The notes beneath the pieces were generated by a model that was not told the DNA's origin, made no database searches, and worked only from the letters and a program-made list of their open reading frames with translations. A program made the position numbers and the translations under genes. DNA of 64,000 bases. It comes from a virus (lineage: Duplodnaviria > Heunggongvirae > Uroviricota > Caudoviricetes). Location of the stretch: IMG/VR virus record IMGVR_UViG_3300038443_000757, positions 84,614 to 148,613 of that record, one strand, 5' to 3'. Below are positions 57,247 through 64,000 of the stretch, piece after piece (position 1 is the stretch's first letter; every line of letters starts with the position of its first letter).

Positions 57247-57275
57247 TTGACATGTCTTCCATTATGTCGTATAAT
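57247..57275 (+). promoter_or_regulatory. sigmaA-type promoter of recombinase operon
   Basis: TTGACA-17-TATAAT; ATGTCGT/ACGACAT inverted repeat spans the -10. Confidence 0.8.
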
Positions 57276-57306
57276 TAAGAAAAACACGACATGGGAGATG
57301 TTACCA

Positions 57307-57510
57307 ATGATTATTGATGGAGTAAAATGGGAGATAGAGATTTGCGATCATCCTTGGAATTTACCAAAAGAAGGAAGAGAAAATGTATTCTATATAGAGA
57401 GCGGATATATGGGATCAAGTTCAACAACGTATGTGTGGAGAGAACTTCAAGGTAAATTTATGTATATGCCAGTAATATTCAGAGGAGGAAAATGCCAATG
57501 CAACCACTAG
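57307..57510 (+). CDS. hypothetical protein
   Basis: MIIDGVKWEIE start after GGGAG; overlaps recombinase start. Confidence 0.55.
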   Translation: MIIDGVKWEIEICDHPWNLPKEGRENVFYIESGYMGSSSTTYVWRELQGKFMYMPVIFRGGKCQCNH

Positions 57511-58544
57511 TAAAAAACAATGTAGTAATGCTACACAATGACTCTGTATTGGCTCATATCAGCAAGTTCCTAGATAGATTGTCTGTTGACAGTGCAAGCA
57601 CAAGCGTAGAGTATAAGCGTGATATTCAGAAGTTCTTCAAACTTATGCTAGGAAAGGAGCTTAATGAGCTTGAGGTTAGAGACTTAGATATTAAGAAGAT
57701 TGACATTGAAGGATATCAAACGTTTCTTCTGGATTACGGATATAAGGCATCTTCCATCAATAGAATGATTGCTTCCGTCAAGAGTCTGTATAATTCTTTC
57801 GAAGAGAATGGTTTTAAATACAAAGACGATAACGGAGACAATATTTACATTAAATCCGCTCCACTAAATGTAGATAAGCTCAGAACAAATGATAGTGATA
57901 GCTATGGAATGATTGAACATGAAGAAATGAAAGATATGATTCGTCGTGCTAAGTATATGCCAAATGGTGTAGAAAAATCTTTATTTCTTGAGTTTGCAAG
58001 TGTAACTAGTTTTCGTCTTGAAGCTATAACAAACCTTGATTGGAATGACTTTAGAAAAGAGAGTGATACATGGGTAGTCAAAACATTGGATGACAAAGGC
58101 AAAGTTCATGAAAAATCTATACGTACTGACCTGTATGAAAGGATGCTTGAAACAAAGAAAGATGATAAAGTGTTTCATATGACTTCACGTACTATTGAAC
58201 GTGTTATTGAGACTCTTGTCAAAGATATGAACATTGATCCTGAACGAAATATTAAGTTCCATAGCATTAAGAAATATGGTATCATGGAAGTTTGGATGGC
58301 TACTGGCGGCGACATCATAAAGACAGCGGAACAAGGAAATCACAGTTCTTTCGAAACAACTAAGAAATATTACATGATGTTTAAAAAGAATTATGCATCC
58401 ATGCCAAGCTTATTAATTGGTCAGGAAGTTGATATTAATCCAATTAAGGAGATGAGTAAAGATGAATTAATCGCATTGATTGAAAGTTGTGATAGAGAGT
58501 TACAATTCTCTTTGTTAAATAAAATTAAGAAGACGGGCATATAA
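57492..58544 (+). CDS. tyrosine recombinase (XerC/D-integrase fold)
   Basis: SAM-like N-domain (SSINR.IAS.KSLY), catalytic R (TSFRL), K, FHSIKK, GNHS, KYY. Confidence 0.9.
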   Translation: MPMQPLVKNNVVMLHNDSVLAHISKFLDRLSVDSASTSVEYKRDIQKFFKLMLGKELNELEVRDLDIKKIDIEGYQTFLLDYGYKASSINRMIASVKSLYNSFEENGFKYKDDNGDNIYIKSAPLNVDKLRTNDSDSYGMIEHEEMKDMIRRAKYMPNGVEKSLFLEFASVTSFRLEAITNLDWNDFRKESDTWVVKTLDDKGKVHEKSIRTDLYERMLETKKDDKVFHMTSRTIERVIETLVKDMNIDPERNIKFHSIKKYGIMEVWMATGGDIIKTAEQGNHSSFETTKKYYMMFKKNYASMPSLLIGQEVDINPIKEMSKDELIALIESCDRELQFSLLNKIKKTGI

Positions 58545-58577
58545 TTCCGGTTTACTTAATATTTATTTACACAAGTG

Positions 58578-58606
58578 GAATAATTTGGTAAATTGCTTCA
58601 TATGAT
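58578..58606 (+). promoter_or_regulatory. sigmaE-like promoter of GT2 operon
   Basis: GAATAAT-14-CATATGAT; no TTGACA-17-TATAAT found upstream. Confidence 0.55.
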
Positions 58607-58638
58607 AATGTATAACGTTCAAAGGAGAGGTAAACAAA

Positions 58639-59880
58639 ATGAAAGAAACATTATTGGCTCTTCAAATCCTTCTTATATTTTTCTGGTCTTATTGGCTGAT
58701 TATTGGAATGTTTGGGTTTGGAAAGACAAGAAAACTAAAAGAAAAGAAACCACAAAAAAGATTTGCATTATTGATTCCTGCACATAATGAAGAGAATGTT
58801 ATTGAAAATTTGCTAGACAATCTCTTGGAATTAGATTATCCGAAAGATATGTATGATATTGTTCTTATTGCAGATAATTGTAACGATCAAACTGCTTCTA
58901 TTGGCAGGAAAAAAGATGGAGTAATTATACTTGAGCACACGTATCTTGAAAGTGAACCAAAAGGAAAGCCGTATGCAATCAAATATGCTCTTGATTACTT
59001 TGGAGATAATTTAACAAGCAAATACGATGCAATTGCTATATTTGATGCTGACAATCTTGTTACTCTTAATTATCTCAAAGAAATGAATAATCATTTAGTT
59101 AATGGAGAACGTTTGATCCAATGCTATCTTGACTCTAAAAATCCTAATGACAACTGGATTACAACAGCTTATGCTACAGCTTATTACTACATGAATCGTT
59201 CATGGCAACTTTCTAAATCTCGTATTGGACTTGGAAATGCTATTGGTGGAACTGGATTTTGTGTGGATACAAAGCTTATACAAGAAATTGGATGGACTGC
59301 TCGCTCTCTTACAGAAGACTTGGAATTCACTATGCAAGCACTTTTGGCTGGCGTTCCTGCAACATGGGCGCATCATGCAAAAGTATACGACGAAAAACCA
59401 ACTGGATTTAAATTTTCTATGATACAACGTCTGAGATGGGCAAGAGGACACTGGGACGTTTGTACTAGGTATAGTCCAAAGCTTCTATATAAGTTCATTC
59501 GCCATGGCGATTTCAAATCTTTTGATGGATTCTTGTATTTGATAAATCCCGGCAAGGTTGTAATAGGAACTGGTGTTTCCTTGATGCTTTATATCAGCAG
59601 ATTTACAGGTGATAATTGGGGCGGGTATTTAGTCCCATTCTGGATATGGTTGACATTGTTAGTATTTAATGTTTTATATGTAATGTACTGTATTTGGTCT
59701 GACTCTGAACAAAGAATGGATGTAATTCAAGCAGTGATTTGTATGGCTATATTTAATTACACCTACATCCCCCTGTTCGTATGGGGTTTCATAACACAGC
59801 GCAATAAGACGTGGAAAAGAACAGAGCACACTAGAAGCATTTCATTTGGGGATGAGGCAAAACAAACGTTGGGAGGGTAG
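58639..59880 (+). CDS. membrane GT2 processive glycosyltransferase
   Basis: IPAHNEE, ADNC.D, KP.A, FDADN, TEDLE, QRLRWARG; N- and C-terminal TM helices. Confidence 0.93.
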   Translation: MKETLLALQILLIFFWSYWLIIGMFGFGKTRKLKEKKPQKRFALLIPAHNEENVIENLLDNLLELDYPKDMYDIVLIADNCNDQTASIGRKKDGVIILEHTYLESEPKGKPYAIKYALDYFGDNLTSKYDAIAIFDADNLVTLNYLKEMNNHLVNGERLIQCYLDSKNPNDNWITTAYATAYYYMNRSWQLSKSRIGLGNAIGGTGFCVDTKLIQEIGWTARSLTEDLEFTMQALLAGVPATWAHHAKVYDEKPTGFKFSMIQRLRWARGHWDVCTRYSPKLLYKFIRHGDFKSFDGFLYLINPGKVVIGTGVSLMLYISRFTGDNWGGYLVPFWIWLTLLVFNVLYVMYCIWSDSEQRMDVIQAVICMAIFNYTYIPLFVWGFITQRNKTWKRTEHTRSISFGDEAKQTLGG

Positions 59881-59924
59881 AAGTTAAAAATCAATTAGAA
59901 AATTTGTGGGAGGTTTTCTATTAA

Positions 59925-60446
59925 ATGAAAACAGTTAAAAAAGTAGCGGCTGTATCTGCAATTATGGCAACGGTAGCGGCATTTTACGTAGCTCCAGCCT
60001 TTGCAGACTCTGACGTAGAGGCAAGTGGGATATCAGATGTTTTATACGCTTATTTTCATCCTAACGATCATGCCAGCATTCATCATGGGAACTTTACAGT
60101 AGAAGATGCAAAAGAATGGAATTTCCTTATAAGCGTTGCTTGGAATTCCCCATTTAGCAATCACCTGCCGGGGACACTGAGCGCTCCGCTTGGAATTGAT
60201 ACATCTGAATTCAAATACGACATTAACACAGATGAAGTCATTGGAACAAATGAAGGATACAATCAACCAATGGGATATGGAGATACATGTGAAAAACCTA
60301 CTTTCTATACTAAAAAAGTAGATATTCCAACTCCATTATCATGTCCAGCACCTGACGATGACGATCATGACAATGGTCACGGAAATGATGATGATCATGA
60401 CGATGATAGCAACCCCGGACATGGCGGCGGCGGACATGGCGCATAA
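59925..60446 (+). CDS. secreted protein with His/Asp/Gly-rich tail
   Basis: signal peptide ending AFA; DDDDHDNGHGNDDDHDDDSNPGHGGGGHGA tail. Confidence 0.75.
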   Translation: MKTVKKVAAVSAIMATVAAFYVAPAFADSDVEASGISDVLYAYFHPNDHASIHHGNFTVEDAKEWNFLISVAWNSPFSNHLPGTLSAPLGIDTSEFKYDINTDEVIGTNEGYNQPMGYGDTCEKPTFYTKKVDIPTPLSCPAPDDDDHDNGHGNDDDHDDDSNPGHGGGGHGA

Positions 60447-60461
60447 ATAATTTGTAGGAAT

Positions 60462-60496
60462 AAAAAAGCCACTCAATAAAATGAGTGGCTTTTTTA
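60462..60496. terminator. bidirectional terminator
   Basis: AAAAAAGCCACTCA/TGAGTGGCTTTTTT. Confidence 0.85.
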
Positions 60497-60499
60497 AAA

Positions 60500-60605
60500 T
60501 TAATATGTGTCTAGTATATCAGTAGAAATTGTATAGTTTGACCCTATTGCCCAAGTTGAAGGATAGCCCATATTTAATCTCAAATTCCTTACCGAATAAA
60601 CTCAT
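60500..60605 (-). pseudogene. internally deleted remnant of a paralogue of the beta-helix gene
   Basis: RBS plus MSLFGKEFEIK (cf. MSLFSKDFEIK at 62530) joined out of frame to GYPSTWAIGSNYTISTDILDTY*. Confidence 0.6.
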
Positions 60606-60622
60606 TTTATATCACTTCCTTG

Positions 60623-62530
60623 TTAGATATTTTTAGAAGCATTAACTTCAAATGCGAACGTAACGTTCGCAGATGGCAGAACGTCAGCATTTATCCTAAA
60701 TGTAGTAGCAGTTATAGTGTCAATCCAATACTTATTAATTCCATTTAGTGGCCCCATTGGAGTTAATCTAATTCCTGAACTACTTGGGATTATAGATAAT
60801 CCATGAGAAATAGTCATATATGGATTTGGACTTGTTCCAGATGCTGGATTTGTAAAGTCTTGAGAGCTTCTTCTTTCAGTCACATAACCTTTGTTTGCGC
60901 GTGCTACAGAAGTGTTTGCGAGTGCAGGCGCATTAGCCGTATCAGCATTTCTAGTTAATTTTGTTCCTGTAATGTCCATTAGATTGTTTTCTGCAATGAA
61001 GTTATATCCTGCTTCATTTGTTTCAATGATTCCATTCAAACCTGAGCAATAATTATTTTTTACATCTACTCCATTTGTGCATTGTAAACTAATTGCAGTT
61101 CCTTGGTCAATCCTGATTCTACCATTTGTTACACTTCCGTATCTCGAAGTATATCCACCTACAATTCCAACTATAACTCCATTTCCTGTGCTACCAGTTG
61201 CCAAGTCAACGATTGGTTCATTTACAGTAAAGAAGTCTACTTGTTGTAATGTAATTCCATTTCCTGTGCTTACACGTGGATTGAACACTTTTGGCCTTTT
61301 CATATAAACATCTTTGCAGAATTGAATAACAAATCCTGTTCCTTGTGGTTTGTACATTTTAACATTGTCAATGTCAATACCATTTACATAATTTATAATT
61401 GCTCCACTTCCAGCCGCCTGCGTACAGTCAAGTTGAATATTAGACAAAGTAATATCTTGAATTCTCTTAAGACCTGATCTGTCATCAATCCATATTGCAA
61501 TACCTGCATTATTAACATCACTGTATCCAATCTTTCCTCTGATATTATTAATTGTAATATTCTGAATAATTTTATCAGTAGAAGGAAGATCAGTTCTTGG
61601 AGTAGTGCTAATAAATTGCCATGTAACTGTTCCATCTGTTGCAGTTCCTGAAGTGTGAGTAGGTGCTACAGTTCCAGTAGTTCCTGCGACTGTGCAGACA
61701 TAAACATTGCCTCCACTTGGGCCATTAACAACAATTACACTATTGCCAACTGCATATGTAGTACTAGCCGTCCAGACTGGCTGTGCAAGCATTATTTTAA
61801 TGGCAGATGCTTTACGAGAATTAAGAATACAATTAGATACTGTTACATTCTTAATTGTATCATCAAAACTATTTTCAACTGTAAAAGCAATAGCATCATC
61901 TACTGAGTTTACAATGCAGTTAGCAACAACAATATCAGAACCGCCGCAAAAATGTATTCCATCAGTGAAAAGATCAACACTATCAAACTGATTGCTAAGA
62001 GCATCCATGTCAAGTCCGTCAAGAACAACTCTTGTACATTTTCTAAAAATAGTCATCCAATCAGCATGTGCGCCTCTGATTCTTGTACCAATTATTTGAA
62101 GTCCATCTACACCCCAAAAACCAATATGTTTTCCTGTTTTTGTATTATCAAAACAAGTAATGCTTCCACCAACAACTTTAATATTTTTATTCCCATTTAC
62201 TGTATCTTTGTTTTGTATAGTAGAACCAGAAGTTCCTTGTGTGTTAAAATTACGAACTAATTTTGCATTTTCATGAAGTACAAGAGTGGCATTATCGCCA
62301 AGTTTAAGCGGATTGTTTAATATGTATGTACCTTCTGGAACATATGCTCTTTTATTAGAAATAGATGCAACATCAATAGCTTTTTGAATTGATGGCTGAT
62401 AGTCGAATCCATTTGCCGTGGCTACTCTTAGATTGCTGTATTCGCTTGCACTTATATCTGTGGCTCTTTGTGAAAGATTATTCACTTCGTCGCTGTGTTT
62501 AATTTCAAAGTCTTTACTAAATAAGCTCAT
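60623..62530 (-). CDS. right-handed beta-helix (pectate lyase/GH28-like) protein
   Basis: IQKAID, YVPEGTY, TDGIH, .N.I....DDAIA; inserted W.AST.Y..G...VTW module. Confidence 0.85.
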   Translation of the reverse strand: MSLFSKDFEIKHSDEVNNLSQRATDISASEYSNLRVATANGFDYQPSIQKAIDVASISNKRAYVPEGTYILNNPLKLGDNATLVLHENAKLVRNFNTQGTSGSTIQNKDTVNGNKNIKVVGGSITCFDNTKTGKHIGFWGVDGLQIIGTRIRGAHADWMTIFRKCTRVVLDGLDMDALSNQFDSVDLFTDGIHFCGGSDIVVANCIVNSVDDAIAFTVENSFDDTIKNVTVSNCILNSRKASAIKIMLAQPVWTASTTYAVGNSVIVVNGPSGGNVYVCTVAGTTGTVAPTHTSGTATDGTVTWQFISTTPRTDLPSTDKIIQNITINNIRGKIGYSDVNNAGIAIWIDDRSGLKRIQDITLSNIQLDCTQAAGSGAIINYVNGIDIDNVKMYKPQGTGFVIQFCKDVYMKRPKVFNPRVSTGNGITLQQVDFFTVNEPIVDLATGSTGNGVIVGIVGGYTSRYGSVTNGRIRIDQGTAISLQCTNGVDVKNNYCSGLNGIIETNEAGYNFIAENNLMDITGTKLTRNADTANAPALANTSVARANKGYVTERRSSQDFTNPASGTSPNPYMTISHGLSIIPSSSGIRLTPMGPLNGINKYWIDTITATTFRINADVLPSANVTFAFEVNASKNI

Positions 62531-62604
62531 TGTTATTCCTCCTTATATTTATTTTATCTCTCATATGTATATCAAAGGTGCTTAAAATAAAATATTCATT
62601 ATTA

Positions 62605-62633
62605 ATTATAGCATGATATACAAAAAATGTCAA
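62605..62633 (-). promoter_or_regulatory. sigmaA-type promoter
   Basis: TTGACA-17-TATAAT with TG extension. Confidence 0.8.
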
Positions 62634-62667
62634 TTTAACTCAATGTACAAATCAAGTTTAAATTTTG

Positions 62668-62696
62668 TTCTATTTGTGTATCTGACATCATATAAT
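62668..62696 (+). promoter_or_regulatory. sigmaE-like promoter
   Basis: TTCTATT-14-CATATAAT upstream of 62732. Confidence 0.4.
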
Positions 62697-62731
62697 GTTC
62701 CTATAAGACTAATTAAGGAGATGATTTTAAA

Positions 62732-62995
62732 ATGTTGCTTAAGATTAATGGTATTCCTGACTCTGTTATTGAAACTGCTAAAGGAGCAGTAAAAGATGTA
62801 GGGGAAAGACTTAATGATTTTGGTTCCGACTATATAAACATGTTTACAGAACCAAGTTTTCACAGCGTAGGGGAGACGATTCATTCAGGCTATATGGTTC
62901 ATACTCATATACTAGCTGACACGTGCGATGTTGCTGTAACAACTGGTAAGGTGGTAATTGGTGTTGGAGTTGATTTGATACAGTGTTTGTTTTAA
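62732..62995 (+). CDS. hypothetical protein
   Basis: 87 aa, AAGGAG RBS, own terminator at ~63000-63026. Confidence 0.65.
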   Translation: MLLKINGIPDSVIETAKGAVKDVGERLNDFGSDYINMFTEPSFHSVGETIHSGYMVHTHILADTCDVAVTTGKVVIGVGVDLIQCLF

Positions 62996-63024
62996 AAAAA
63001 GAAACCCACTCAATTGAGTGGGTT

Positions 63025-63765
63025 TTATATTTTTACATAATATATATTAGCTTCTCCATTTTTTCCCTTCTCGAACTTCTGATGATATATTTTTAAAAAA
63101 CCATGATCTTCTAACTTTTCTATATACTTAGCCAAGGTTGTTTTACTTATGTCCAACTCTTTTGCAAGATTACTAAATGAAACTTGATATTTTTCAAACT
63201 TATCATTCTTATACTTTAAATATGCACAGATATACATAGCATTAACACCTAAGTCTTCGCACCCCATCATAAACTTAAACGAATCAAAATCAATCAGATG
63301 TGTATTGGAGACCTCAAAGAATGTCCCATCAATAATACACTCTTTCTCTGACTCATCTGTTCTATGAAAACATTTAAGAGGGTACTTGACTTTAAAGTTT
63401 CTATCTGATATAATTGGAATAGTCGCCTTACTTTTTACCTCACTTATAGTATCGAACCGAAGCAAATGATTTTCATCGACATACCAATTTACAGGGTAAT
63501 TTGTTGTAGTTAATGTATATCCAATTAAGTCAAGTACTCCATCCTTCTTTATAATATAGTCAACTTTCTTCTGAACTGGAGAGTATCCAAGAAACTGTTT
63601 GATGTCTGCCTGAGTGTTCTTCTGGTCAGCCTGATACTTGCAATAACGATACAGATACGTTACATAATAATAATAACAATAAGCAAACGCTCTGTGATTT
63701 ACGTTTTCAATGTTAGTGTTTAAATCTTCAAAAATTTCGTTAGGCATGTACACGTGCTCGGTCAT
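63025..63765 (-). CDS. DNA-binding protein with C-terminal HTH (possible replication initiator or regulator)
   Basis: FAYCYYYYVTYLYRYCKY motif; VSFSNLAKELDISKTTLAKYIEKLE..GFL wHTH. Confidence 0.6.
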   Translation of the reverse strand: MTEHVYMPNEIFEDLNTNIENVNHRAFAYCYYYYVTYLYRYCKYQADQKNTQADIKQFLGYSPVQKKVDYIIKKDGVLDLIGYTLTTTNYPVNWYVDENHLLRFDTISEVKSKATIPIISDRNFKVKYPLKCFHRTDESEKECIIDGTFFEVSNTHLIDFDSFKFMMGCEDLGVNAMYICAYLKYKNDKFEKYQVSFSNLAKELDISKTTLAKYIEKLEDHGFLKIYHQKFEKGKNGEANIYYVKI

Positions 63766-63814
63766 ATAGTAAGCCTCTTTTCTAAAGGTTATGTTTTTGG
63801 TATGCTATGAATGT

Positions 63815-63843
63815 ATTATAAAATAAAAACAGCATAAAGTCAA
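63815..63843 (-). promoter_or_regulatory. sigmaA-type promoter
   Basis: TTGACT-17-TATAAT. Confidence 0.7.
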
Positions 63844-63856
63844 GGAGGAATTTTAA

Positions 63857-64000
63857 ATGGTAAGAACATTTACAACAACTAATGGAAGTATTTATAAGAT
63901 AATTAATGAAGGAAAAACAAAAAGGTGGAAGGCGGCAACAAACGAGTACTTCCCTGAATCAGATAAAACTGTTTACTTAGACTATCAAGACGCAAGACTT
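63857..64000 (+). CDS. 5' part of a CDS running off the window
   Basis: AAGGAGG RBS, MVRTFTTTNGSIYKI... Confidence 0.6.
   Translation, partial: MVRTFTTTNGSIYKIINEGKTKRWKAATNEYFPESDKTVYLDYQDARL

Overview
64 kb slice of a large, AT-rich, SPbeta-like Bacillales siphophage that probably lives as a phage-plasmid. Minus strand 1-32.5 kb: a complete virion morphogenesis run (small-terminase-like, TerL, portal, protease/scaffold, capsid, head-tail, major tail, 1989-aa tape measure, Dit, Tal, fibre/RBP, holin-like) plus YonJ/YonK-like genes. 32.6-39.6 kb: about 15 tRNA or tRNA-like genes (several non-canonical), an HNH gene, a beta-helix gene, and a 208-aa coiled-coil gene followed by a ~450-nt highly paired RNA containing a 7-nt-periodic tract. 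40-47.3 kb: SGNH hydrolase, PIN-PhoH, HU, RecD2-like helicase. At 47.34-47.51 kb a 32-bp inverted repeat around an AT-rich core marks the strand switch. Plus strand 47.8-60.4 kb: TubR/TubZ-like partition genes, membrane protein, M23 peptidase, VirD4/FtsK-like ATPase, Replic_Relax relaxase, tyrosine recombinase, GT2 glycosyltransferase and a His/Asp-tailed secreted protein, with two antisense NUMOD4-HNH cassettes inserted. Minus-strand units carry near-perfect sigmaA promoters, whereas several plus-strand units carry sigmaE-like (mother-cell sporulation) promoter motifs. The two best leads for an undescribed system are (i) a sporulation-timed partition/DNA-transfer module and (ii) the coiled-coil protein plus large ncRNA unit. 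All family assignments come from motifs read by eye and synteny; no database searches were run.
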